Part shown: positions 9,751-19,600 of the stretch, piece by piece
Numbering within the stretch: the stretch's first letter is position 1
Layout: each line of letters begins with the position of its first letter
Assembly (NCBI GenBank): GCA_044344255.1
Contig: JBIJDH010000021.1
Coordinates: forward strand, 32,001-96,000
DNA length: 64,000 bases
Source of the DNA: Myxococcota bacterium
Lineage (GTDB): Bacteria > Myxococcota_A > UBA796 > UBA2385
Reading direction: 5' to 3'
Made by a program: the position numbers and the translations under genes
Notes under the pieces: generated by a model
Seen by the model: only the letters and a program-made list of their open reading frames with translations
The model's database searches: none
Told to the model about the DNA's origin: nothing

Positions 9751-10683
9751 TCACTCACACCAACGGGTGACGATCATCGCCTCTCCGATCGAGCAGGGCC
9801 TACCGACGGCGCAGACCCCCTCCCCGATCTCATCGTCGGAGAGATAGTCGGGATCGAATAGAGCGATCTTCCAGTCTACGTGGGTCTCGGGGCGACTGTG
9901 AATTGTGCGGCTGCGGACATCGGTTGGATCGAGGCGTGCACGCTCCACGGCCAGGGCGTCCAGCTCTTGGGTCGGAGTCATCACCGCGTCCGCCTCCAGG
10001 AGCCGCAGCCACAGGGCCCCATCGGCGCTGGAGGATGTCCCGCGCAGCGTGCCGGTGAGGCTGTCGCTGGACCCTCCGCTCACCTGGTCCTGGACGATCA
10101 CCCGGAGGTCGGGGAGGCTGTCGGGATCCCAAGCGCTGCCGTCTGATTGTCGCTCCGGGACCTCGACCTGTCCGCAGACCTGTCGAGACACCTCCACCTT
10201 CACGGAGGCGACGATCCCGACCGCCTCCTCGGTGAGGGTGGCCGAGCCCGCGCCCACGGCCTTGGCCTGGCCCTCCTCGGTGATTTGCAACACCCGAGGG
10301 TCAGAGCTGGTCATCGTGAATGGAAAGCCGTCGATCCAGTCGCCCCTCCCGTTCTGTGCCCGGATCAACATGCCATTCCGGGTCTCGCCAAAGCGCAGGC
10401 GCACCGGCTCCTCTCGGGGTCGAACGATCTGGAGCAGCAGACAGCGGGAGGTGACCCGTTGGGCGAGGTCACCCGCGCGAATCACCACGCCCACGCTGCC
10501 CGACGCTCCGCAGGTGATCCGACCTTCGGCGTCGACGTTCGCAGCCTCCCCCACCTCCTCCTCGTACTCATAGAGAAAGGCTGCGTCGGTGACCCGACCC
10601 CCGCGGGAGTCGATGACCCAGGCCCCGATGTCATGGGGGCCTTCGCCGTACAGGAGCGGGGGCAGCGCGCTCCCGATGCCCAC
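9751..10683 (-). CDS. Bacterial Ig-like (Big_2-type) domain protein, probable lipoprotein; start uncertain
   Basis: 'TSSDPRVLQITEEGQAKAVGAGSATLT' Big_2 pattern; 'DPDYLSDDEIG' C2-like end; in-frame LVLLLSAC just upstream of the called GTG. Confidence 0.65.
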   Translation of the reverse strand: MGIGSALPPLLYGEGPHDIGAWVIDSRGGRVTDAAFLYEYEEEVGEAANVDAEGRITCGASGSVGVVIRAGDLAQRVTSRCLLLQIVRPREEPVRLRFGETRNGMLIRAQNGRGDWIDGFPFTMTSSDPRVLQITEEGQAKAVGAGSATLTEEAVGIVASVKVEVSRQVCGQVEVPERQSDGSAWDPDSLPDLRVIVQDQVSGGSSDSLTGTLRGTSSSADGALWLRLLEADAVMTPTQELDALAVERARLDPTDVRSRTIHSRPETHVDWKIALFDPDYLSDDEIGEGVCAVGRPCSIGEAMIVTRWCE

Positions 10684-10819
10684 CGGGTGGGGCTTGGGCT
10701 CGCAGGCGGAGAGCAGGAGGACGAGCGCGGCTCCGTGGCCGTCGGACCTTCGATGCGGTGGGGGCGGGCCCCTGGAGCCACTGGAGGTCGTTGATTGGGA
10801 GATCGTTGAATGAACGGGA

Positions 10820-11068
10820 TCCAGCTCAGGGCGCAGGGCTGATCTCCACCCGCGCGCCGACTGATCCGCCCACCAACGCGCGGTCGGAGAGGGTGGTGGC
10901 CGTCGCCGCGGGCTGCACGAAGCTCCCGGCGATGGTGGCGCGGGTGCGGAAGTAGAGGTCGTAGGTGCCCTTGGGGAGGAGCTCGAAGGCGTAGGAGACG
11001 GCGTCGTCGCGGCTGTCGATCCAGGTGGCGGCGCGGCTGTCCTGGCCGGTGGGCTTCGCCTCGGGCGG
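10820..11068 (-). repeat. ~249 bp direct repeat (3' end of alpha-2-macroglobulin gene), copy A
   Basis: Aligns with 7684-7932. Confidence 0.9.
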
Positions 11069-14000
11069 GGCGGTGGCGAGGCGGGGGTTGAGCGGCTCGA
11101 GGCCGGCGGCCAGGGGCACGGTGACGGTGACGTAGGCGCGGTCGGTCGGGTTGACGAGCTGGATGTGCTCCTCGATGACGTCGCCCACCCGCAGCTTCAC
11201 GGTGGCCCCGGGGGCGGCGAGCGGGAGGCGGTCGGCGGGGCCCTGGGGGTTGATCTTCGAGAGCGCGCGGCTGAGCACGAAGCCGTCGGTGCGGGCGGCG
11301 ACGGTGGATCCGTCGGCCTCGGGGAGGTAGCGGGTGTCGACCCGCAGCACGGCGCTCTTCCCGGCGGTGAGCGCGACGGAGAGGGCGCCGGGATCGGCGG
11401 GCCCCTTGGCGATCGCGCCGGAGGCGGGCAGGGGCTTGCCGTTGACGGAGAGGGCGAAGCCGCCCGGCTTCGCGGTGCCGAGGCGCTCCACGAGGGCGAA
11501 GATGGCGGCGGCGTCGGCGTCGGCGCTGCCCCAGCCCCCGGCGCGGCCGCGGGTGATCAGGGCGGGGCCGAGGAGCTCGAGCAGGGGGTCGGTGGGGTTG
11601 ACGCGGGCGAGGGCGCGGCTGATGTCGGCCATCGTGCGGGCCTCGTCGGGACGGATGAGGGGGCTGCGCGCCCGCTCGCCCTGGAGGCCGCCGTAGACCG
11701 CCTTGCCGCCCTGCTGGCGCACGACCACGGCCTGGCCGAGGAGGGTCGCGAGGCGCTCGACGGTGGGGCGGTCGCCCCCCTGGGTGCCGGCGAGCACGAT
11801 GGCGGCGAGGCCGTCGGGCTGAGAGACCAGGGCGGTGCGGCTGAGCTCGGCGAAGCCGGCGCGGTCGAGCGCCCCGGCCGAGGCGAGGGCGAGCAAGGCG
11901 CGGGAGCGCTCGGTGGTGGCCTCGCCGTCGACGAAGCGGCTGTAGTCGGAGCGCAGGGCCTTCTCGAGGGTGGCCCGGAGGCGCTTCTGGTAGGCCTCGT
12001 CGATGGGGAGGCCGGCGGCGGCGGCGGCGGTGAGGAGCTCGAAGGCCTCGGCGGTGAGGCTGACCCGGCCCTTGCCGCCCGGCCACTCGGAGAGGAGGCC
12101 GTCGCCGTCGGTGACGTCGGGGAGGGCGGCGAGGGTCGCCTTCACGAGGGCGGCGGTCTCGGCGGCGGAGCCCCCGAGGGCCACCTGGAGCTGCCCCATC
12201 GCGAGGGCGGCCCGGGCTCGGTCGAGGCGGGCCCCGGTGGAGGTGGCCGGCCGCTCGGAGAGGGTGTCGAGGGCGGTGGCGAGCAGCAGGGGCTCGGGGC
12301 GGTCACTCGCCAGCAGGCTGCGGGAGAGCGTGCCGGGGCGGGCCTTGCCGGCGGGGGCGGGGACGGTGGTGGGGCTGCCGGCGACGAGGTCGTAGAGGAC
12401 CCGCTCGATGACGGGGTCGCGGTCGGCCCGGAGGGGCAGGTCTACGGAGATGGCGTCCCCGGCGCCGTCGGCGGTGCGCTTGAGCTGGAGCTCGAGGCGG
12501 ACGTGGTCTTGGGCGGGCTTGCCGTCGGGGGTCCAGCCGGGGCTCTGCACCGTGAGGGGGAAGCCGACCCGGGTGGCGGGGCCGGGCTGCAGCGTCAGGC
12601 TCTGCCGCGCCGGGCCCGCGAGCGTGACACCCTGGCCCGAGAAGCTGGCCGAGCCCGCGCCCCCGGCGCCCTCGACGACGCGGGCCAGGGCGCCGGCGTC
12701 GAAGCGGTCGCCGGCGCGCACGAAGCGGGGGAGCACGGGGGTGACGACGACCGGCAGGCGCACGTCGAGCTCGCCGGTGCCGGCGCCGAAGCGGTCGGGC
12801 CCGGCGGCCACCTTGGCCCGGAGCTTGAAGGTGGTGAGGTTGTCGGGGAGCTTCACCATCACGCGGGCCTTGCCGTCGGCGCCCACCGCGATCGAGGGCT
12901 CGTAGAAGGGCACCGACTTGAAGTCGCGCCGCACCGTGGGGCGGCCGGCGTCGCCGTCCTCCTTCTCGCCCTCGTCACCGCCGGGGAGCTCGGCGAAGGG
13001 GATGCGCCCGAAGAGGCCGTTCCGCGTGTCGTGGAGGCCGAAGCGGGACTCGACGGCGGTGATGTAGTCGGGCACCGGGTCGAGGCGCTGCTCCTTGCCG
13101 AGGGCCAGGACCGCGGCGTCGACCAGCCAGAGGGTGGCCTCTCCGGCGCGGGGCTTGCCGGCGGCGTCGGTGACCTTGAGGGTGACCGCGATGGTCTCGC
13201 CGGGGCGGGCCTTGGCGGGGTTCTCGATGGTCACCTTGACCTGGTTCGAGACCGGGTTCACGGCGAGCCAGACCGTGGAGGCGAGGGTGGTCGGCTTGCC
13301 GAGGTCGGCCTGCTGGTGGGCCTCGGCGTCGACGCGGCCGCGGAGAAGGATCACGTGGACGGGGATGCGCGGGGTCCAGGTGCCCTCGATCGGCAGCTTG
13401 AGGACGGCCTTGCCGCCCCGCACGGCCAGGGACTCGTAGCGGAGGCCGTCCGGCGTCTCGATGGCCACCAGGGCCTCCGCCTGCTGGAAGGGGCTCTGGA
13501 GCACGATCGAGGCGGTCTGGCCGGGGTCGTAGGCCTTGGCATCGGGAGACAGCGTGAAGACGCCCGCCTTCGGCTTGTCCCAGGAGACGGGCTCGTCGCC
13601 GCCGACGTAGAGGTCGATCGACACGACCTGCGCGCGGCCGAGCCGGTCGCGGCTCTCGAGCTCGACCACGTAGACGCCGGCCCCGGGGACGGGGAGGCTC
13701 AAGTGGGTGGGCTCCTTGCCGCTCGTGAGCGTCTGCTCGGACAGGGGGACGTCGACCACGTCGGTGATGTAGCGGGGGCCGGCGCTCGAGAGGTCGGAGC
13801 TCTGGAGGCGGGAGTGCCACTGGCGGTGGGTGACCCGCAGCGTGACGACCTGACCGGCGAGGAGCTCACCCGAGGCGCGGCTCACGAGCAGGTCGACGGG
13901 GATCTGCCGGCCGCGCTCGATGAAGCGGGGCACCTTGAGGCCGAGCACGAAGGGGGGGAGCGCCGTCAGCCGCTTGACGGTGGTGACGGTCTGGTCATCT

Positions 14001-16627
14001 TCACCGGTGACGGTGGCCTCGACCACGTAGCTGCGCGGCGCGGCGTCGGGCTCGACGGTGGGGTCGAGCACGAGGGTGGCGGCGCCGGTGGGGTCGGTGC
14101 TGCCGAGGGTCTCGTAGAGGGGGGTGGCCTCGAAGCGGCGCCCGCCGGAGTAGCGGCCGTCGGAGGAGTAGAAGTAGCCGGGGAGGGCGCGGGGTGACCA
14201 GGTGGCGGGCAGCTCGGTCACCCGCCAGCGCACCGGCCGCCCGGCCACGGGGCCGCCCGCGTAGTAGCTCGAGCCCAGGCTGAGGGTGAAGGGGGCGTCG
14301 AGGGCGGGCTGATCGGGGGCCGCGAGCCGCACCTCGAAGGTGGGGATGCGGTAGGCGTCGAGCGTGAAGGGCACCGTGCAGAGGCTCCGGCCGGCCTCGT
14401 CTCGCCAGGAGGCGGTGTAGGTGCCGCTCGGCAGCTTCTGCTCCGCCCAGGCCTTGTAGAAGCCGCCGGTGGCGCTGGTCGTGAGCGGGTAGCGCCACTC
14501 GAGCTTGCCGGGGCCCTTCACGAAGAGGGAGCCCGCGGCTTCGAGGGGGCTGAGGCGCCCCTTGTCCCGGCTGCGCAGCCAGCCGCGGAGGTGGACGGCC
14601 TCTTCGGGGCGGTAGACGGGGCGCTCGGAGAAGATGTGGCAGAGGGTGGCGGCGCTCGGCTGGCGGGGGCTGAGGTCGCGGAGGGACCAGTCGAGCCAGG
14701 TCTGACCGTCCTCCCCCCAGCGCCCGTTGATGAAGGCGGGGGGCGGGCTCTCGGCCTGGAGGGCCAGGACGTCGTCGCCGCTCCGGACGACGATGCGGCG
14801 GGGCCGCGCGCTGTCCGGGCGCTCGCCGGGCGCCTTCCAGGTGAAGGTGCCGTCGCTGCCGGTCGTGCCCTCGCCGAGGGTGGGGATGTTGCCGCTGTCG
14901 TCTATGTCCCCGCCCTGTACGGCCACGCGGGCACCGGAGACCGGCTTGCCCGTGGAGAGCGAGGTGACGAGGAAGCGCACCCGGTCGGCCTCCTCGAAGG
15001 TGGTGAGCGCGAGGTCGGTGACGGTGAGCCGCATCCAGTGGCGGACGCTGCCGCCGTCGAGGGCGCGCACCCCGACGAGCCAGGTGCCGGGCCGGCCGTC
15101 GCCGCCGGCCGTGCGGAGGTAGGGGGCGAGGTCGAGGCCGAAGGTGGCGCCGGCGCCGCTGCGCGCAGTGGGGAGCGGGGCCAGGACCGAGAGGGCGGGG
15201 CTGCCGAGGCGCTGGAGCTGGGCGCGGATGGCCCAGCGGTCGATGTCGTAGGAGTCCGTCCAGGGCGGGGTCTCCTCGCCGGGGCCCGGGGGTCGGAGGC
15301 TCTCGTCGGTGGTGATGGGCTCGTTGGCGAAGGGCCAGAAGCTGCGATCGAGGGGATCGATTCGATAGAGGCGAAGGTCTACCCGGTCCTGGCCGCGGCC
15401 CTCCATCGGGATGGTCTGCGGGCCGAGCCGCTCGACCACGCCCTGCCCGGCGGTGAGGCGCACGAAGGGGACCCCAGCGGTGAAGCTGAGGTAGACCGTG
15501 CTCTCTCCGCGGTTCTCGAGCCGATGCCCACGGCTGTCCTGGATGGGCGAGGGCGACAGGGTGACGGCGTAGAGGGTGTCGTGCTGAAAGTCGCCGGTCA
15601 CGGTGAGCTGGCTGCCGCTCATGCCGAAGGCGAGGCCCTCGACCGTGGGGGAGAAGCGGAGGAGGTTGCGGGCCGCCACGTCGCTCAGGAAGCCGGGATC
15701 GCCGGCGAAGCGGAGGCTCACGGCGCGGGAGCCACACTGGAGCGCCTGCTCCTTGCTGTAGGCCGCGCCGTCGAGGGTGACGGGCAGGGTAGCGCCGCCG
15801 CCGCAGCCGAGGGTGAGGGCGCGGAAGGGCTCGGCGGTGGAGAAGGAGAAGGCCCCGGCGCCGAACTCGGCCTCATCCAGGGAGAGCCGGAGGTGCACGA
15901 CGACGAGGCGGGCCTCGGGGATGGGGCTGTCGAGGTCGATGGCGTAGGTGAAGGTGGACGGCGGAGGGGCGGCCTCGGTCGAACCTTCGCCCTCCTCACC
16001 TTCACCTTCGCCCTCGCCGCCTTCATCGGAGCTGGCGGCGTCCATGGAGAGCCCCTCCAGCTTCTTGACCGTGAAGTCGTCGCGGTCTCGCCACAGCACA
16101 CCCTCTTCGCCGATCCCGGGGAGGGGCCGGAGCTCGAGGCGCACCATGTCGGCGAGGGCCCGGGGATCGACCTCTACGGGGAAGCTGAGGCGGAGGGAGG
16201 AGACCTGGGCGAGGCCCGTGCTGCCGGCAGCGGGCTGGGTGGCGACCGGGGGGACGAGCAGGGTGGCGAGGGCCACGCGCCCGCCGTCGGCCTCGATGAC
16301 GAAGCGCTGGAGCGGCGGCCAGGCCACGGCGGGGGCGAATTGGAGGGTGCGGCCGTCCACCCAGGTCCAGGCGCCGGGCTGCGCGGGGGAGAGGCGCACG
16401 AAGCGCTCGGGGCGGTCTTCGGGGCCGCCCTCCGCCGGGCCGGGGGCGCCCTGGAAGAAGACGGTGATGGGGTCCCAGGGGCGGAGGAAGTGGTCGGGCA
16501 CCACGACCGTCCCCGACCCTGCGAAGGGGCGCTGGAGCAGCGTGAGCACCCTGTCGGGGCCGGCGGTTGCCACCCCGAGGGCGAGGAGCGCGAGCAGCAG
16601 CAGGAGCCAGCGGGCGGACCGGTTCAC
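10826..16627 (-). CDS. Bacterial alpha-2-macroglobulin family protein
   Basis: FSERPVYRPEE (MG2), YRIPTFEV, LWLVDAAVLAL, VRRDFK, LPDNLTTF, LPRFVRAGD, PLAAGLEPLN, RDDAV. Confidence 0.92.
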   Translation of the reverse strand: MNRSARWLLLLLALLALGVATAGPDRVLTLLQRPFAGSGTVVVPDHFLRPWDPITVFFQGAPGPAEGGPEDRPERFVRLSPAQPGAWTWVDGRTLQFAPAVAWPPLQRFVIEADGGRVALATLLVPPVATQPAAGSTGLAQVSSLRLSFPVEVDPRALADMVRLELRPLPGIGEEGVLWRDRDDFTVKKLEGLSMDAASSDEGGEGEGEGEEGEGSTEAAPPPSTFTYAIDLDSPIPEARLVVVHLRLSLDEAEFGAGAFSFSTAEPFRALTLGCGGGATLPVTLDGAAYSKEQALQCGSRAVSLRFAGDPGFLSDVAARNLLRFSPTVEGLAFGMSGSQLTVTGDFQHDTLYAVTLSPSPIQDSRGHRLENRGESTVYLSFTAGVPFVRLTAGQGVVERLGPQTIPMEGRGQDRVDLRLYRIDPLDRSFWPFANEPITTDESLRPPGPGEETPPWTDSYDIDRWAIRAQLQRLGSPALSVLAPLPTARSGAGATFGLDLAPYLRTAGGDGRPGTWLVGVRALDGGSVRHWMRLTVTDLALTTFEEADRVRFLVTSLSTGKPVSGARVAVQGGDIDDSGNIPTLGEGTTGSDGTFTWKAPGERPDSARPRRIVVRSGDDVLALQAESPPPAFINGRWGEDGQTWLDWSLRDLSPRQPSAATLCHIFSERPVYRPEEAVHLRGWLRSRDKGRLSPLEAAGSLFVKGPGKLEWRYPLTTSATGGFYKAWAEQKLPSGTYTASWRDEAGRSLCTVPFTLDAYRIPTFEVRLAAPDQPALDAPFTLSLGSSYYAGGPVAGRPVRWRVTELPATWSPRALPGYFYSSDGRYSGGRRFEATPLYETLGSTDPTGAATLVLDPTVEPDAAPRSYVVEATVTGEDDQTVTTVKRLTALPPFVLGLKVPRFIERGRQIPVDLLVSRASGELLAGQVVTLRVTHRQWHSRLQSSDLSSAGPRYITDVVDVPLSEQTLTSGKEPTHLSLPVPGAGVYVVELESRDRLGRAQVVSIDLYVGGDEPVSWDKPKAGVFTLSPDAKAYDPGQTASIVLQSPFQQAEALVAIETPDGLRYESLAVRGGKAVLKLPIEGTWTPRIPVHVILLRGRVDAEAHQQADLGKPTTLASTVWLAVNPVSNQVKVTIENPAKARPGETIAVTLKVTDAAGKPRAGEATLWLVDAAVLALGKEQRLDPVPDYITAVESRFGLHDTRNGLFGRIPFAELPGGDEGEKEDGDAGRPTVRRDFKSVPFYEPSIAVGADGKARVMVKLPDNLTTFKLRAKVAAGPDRFGAGTGELDVRLPVVVTPVLPRFVRAGDRFDAGALARVVEGAGGAGSASFSGQGVTLAGPARQSLTLQPGPATRVGFPLTVQSPGWTPDGKPAQDHVRLELQLKRTADGAGDAISVDLPLRADRDPVIERVLYDLVAGSPTTVPAPAGKARPGTLSRSLLASDRPEPLLLATALDTLSERPATSTGARLDRARAALAMGQLQVALGGSAAETAALVKATLAALPDVTDGDGLLSEWPGGKGRVSLTAEAFELLTAAAAAGLPIDEAYQKRLRATLEKALRSDYSRFVDGEATTERSRALLALASAGALDRAGFAELSRTALVSQPDGLAAIVLAGTQGGDRPTVERLATLLGQAVVVRQQGGKAVYGGLQGERARSPLIRPDEARTMADISRALARVNPTDPLLELLGPALITRGRAGGWGSADADAAAIFALVERLGTAKPGGFALSVNGKPLPASGAIAKGPADPGALSVALTAGKSAVLRVDTRYLPEADGSTVAARTDGFVLSRALSKINPQGPADRLPLAAPGATVKLRVGDVIEEHIQLVNPTDRAYVTVTVPLAAGLEPLNPRLATAPPEAKPTGQDSRAATWIDSRDDAVSYAFELLPKGTYDLYFRTRATIAGSFVQPAATATTLSDRALVGGSVGARVEISPAP

Positions 16628-19600
16628 GGGAGGGCTCCTACAGGGTCCGATTCAGGGTCCGATTCAGCGTCGGAGCGCCGGACGTAGTCCTGGACCACCT
16701 CGGCGGGGGGCGTGCCGGGGTCGGGGGCGAGGCCGGCGACGCGCGGCCGCACCACGACGGGCGGACCACCATCGGGGACGGTGACGGTGTAGAGGTATTG
16801 GCCCGCAGGCAGCTCCTCGACGATGACGATGCCCTCGGCCTTCTGGTCGCCCTCGGGGCCGTAGAGGCGCCCGACGGCGCCGTCGGCGCTCGCCCGGAGG
16901 CCGACGCCCACGAGGCCGGGCCGCTCGACCCGGATCGTCCAGGCCGCACCTTGCCCGGCGGAGAGCAGCACCGGCTCGGCGAGACCCTCTTCCGCAGGGC
17001 GCGCGGGCGAGGCGAAGAGGCCGAGGCTCCCAGAGAGCGGGGCCCCGGCGAGGCCGCGCAGGAGGAGCTCCACCGCGCCCCCTCGGACGGGCACCGAAGC
17101 GGAGCCTCCGGGGTGCAGCAGCACCAGGGGCGGGGCGCCGGGGGGGCTCACGATGAGGAGCGCGGGGCTGCTCAGGCGGACGGTCAGGAGGCTGGGGCCC
17201 GGCACGTCGGCTTGGACGCGCTGGGAGGCGCCGCTGAGCGCCAACACCGCCGGGAGCTCAGGCGCTCGTGTCTCGACGGTGGGGGTGGTCTGCCCCCAGA
17301 GTGACCGCGCGGCGGCGGCGGGGCCCTCGGTGGCGGAGGCGTCGAGCCAGGCGACCCAGAGGCCCGGGCCGTGGTCGACGGTGAGGCGGGCGGGGGCGCC
17401 GTCGAGGGGGAGGTCGGTCCCACGCTGGAAGCTGCCGTCGGCGCGGAGCAGCGAGGCCTCCCGGACCCCGCGGAGGTGCAGCGTGGCGCCGGGCGCGGCG
17501 GGCACCTCGAAGAGGAGGCGCCCCGCGTGGTCCTCGCGGCGCTCGAGCGGGCGGTCGGCGCTCAGGCGGGGGAGCGCCGCGAGCGCTGGCAGCGCCTCGA
17601 CGGCGGCGGGCGCGGCGGCCGAGGTGGGGTTGACGACGAGCACGGCGCCACCGGCCTCGAGGCGGAGGTCGAGGCCGGCGGGCCCGGCGGCGTGCACGCT
17701 CTCCACGCGCTCGCCGTCGAGGATCGCGGCCACGAGGCCGGCGGGGAGGACGAGCCGGAAGGGGGCCCCGGGATCGGGGCGCTCGAAGCGGCGGGCCTCC
17801 CCCGCGGGGACCTGGAAGGCGGGCCGATCCACCGCCTTCGCGGCGGGGAAGGGCTGGCTGCGCACCCGCATCTCCAGGTCGGCGGTGTCGCCGGCCGGGC
17901 GGAGGGTGGCCAGCGCCTCGTCGGCCTCGGGGATCAGGCCCACGACGCGGCGCTCGGCGGTGTCGACCGCCTCCCAGGTGCGGCGGCCCTCGTGGAGGCT
18001 GAGGCGGGGCTGGCCGGCGGTGGCCGTGGCGATGACCAGCAGCGGGCCGCCCGCCCCGGCGAGGTTCACCGAGCCCGCGCGCGGGAGCAGGGCCTCCTGA
18101 CCGGCCTGCAGCGTCACCCGCCGGCCTCGGATCTTCGCCTTGCCCTCGCCGCGCAGCCAGAGCTCGGGCGTGGCCGGCAAGAGGCCGCCGGTCACGGGGA
18201 GGCAGGCCTCGCCGGCGGCCGGGCACCAGCGGAGGCCAGGGGTGGGCTCGATGGCGAAGGCGCCGGGCTCGCCTGCGTGGACGCGGAGGATGGGGCCGGG
18301 CTGCCCGCGGCCGAGCGGGCCCTCGCGGTCGTCGCGGGGGGAGGTGCTGCTGAGCCGCAGCTCGACCGGGTTCCCGCGCTGGTCGATCGACCAGACCCGA
18401 AGGCGCCAGCGCCCGGCGTCGCCGCGGAGGGCGAGGGGGGCCCGCCTCCCCTGGGCGCTGCCGACGAGGATCCAGCGGCCGTCGCGCTCGTGCTCGATCG
18501 CGATCCCCACGTTGTCGGCGGAGCTCGCCTCCACTTGGATCAGGGCGCCGGGCGGGGCCTCGAAGGGGTAGCGGTGTACGTCCACCCCGGGCTGGAGGCG
18601 GAGGGGCGCGCCGGCGGAGAGGGGCGGCTCATCGACCTCGCCCGCGGCCCGGAGGCGGAGGGTGGTGGGGACGCTGGGGAGGCCCACGGGCTCGATCACG
18701 AGGGAGTAGGCGCCGGGCAGGAGGCGGGGCAGGAGGCGGACGTTCCAGTCCTCGGGGCCGTCGTCGGCGCTGGCCACGAGGGCGCCCGCGGCGTCGAGGA
18801 GGCGCGCCTTGACGTCGTAGTCGCCGAGCGTGCCGATCTCGACGAGGCCCTCGGCGCCGATCGTGATGGGGACGGTCACGGGGGCCTGCACCGCGCGGCT
18901 GGCGCCCACGAGCAGCGGCTCGGGCTGGAGCCGCACCGCGTACTCCACACCGGCGTTGCGGCGCGCGTTGCGGAGCTCGAGGCGGTAGTCCCCGGCCGGG
19001 AGCGGGCCCGTCCAGGGGCGGTCGGGGCTCAGGCGCCCGAGCTCGGCCTGCCCCTCGGCGGCCCGCAGCTCTCCCACCATCGCCGCCGTGGCGGAGAGGG
19101 TGACGGTGGCCGCGGCGGGGAGATGGAAGGTCCAGACATCGGGGGTTCGGGCCTCGGACTCCCACCAGATATGGCTCGCGTCCACCTCGAGGGCGAGCGG
19201 GAAGGGGCCGTGGCCGCTGCGCTTCGGGGGCTCCACCACGCGGTCGAGGGCCGTCTGCCGGCGCACCGCCTGCCGCTCGGGGAGGAGGATGAGGCGGTAG
19301 CCGCCGGCCTCGAGGTGGACCCGCAGATCCGCCTCGACGCCGGGGGTGACGATCGGCCAGCCGTCTGCGTCTTCGAGGCGGACGCGCCCGAGGGCCCCCG
19401 GGCCGGCGCTGCGGATCTGCCACTCGCCCGCCTCGGCGAGGGTGAAGCGGTAGAGCACCCCTTCGTCGGCCGCCAGGGCCACGGTGGCGGGGACGCCGTC
19501 GGTGAGCGCGCCGCCGTCGCGCAGGGGGCTCCGGTTGAGCGCGAGGCCGAGGTGGCCGGCCGAGCTGCCGCGGGTGGTCACGGTGACCTGGTAGTCCCCC

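Noticed and set aside
7684..11068. Diversity-generating retroelement TR/VR pair
   Set aside because: Differences between copies are not adenine-specific and no reverse transcriptase is present
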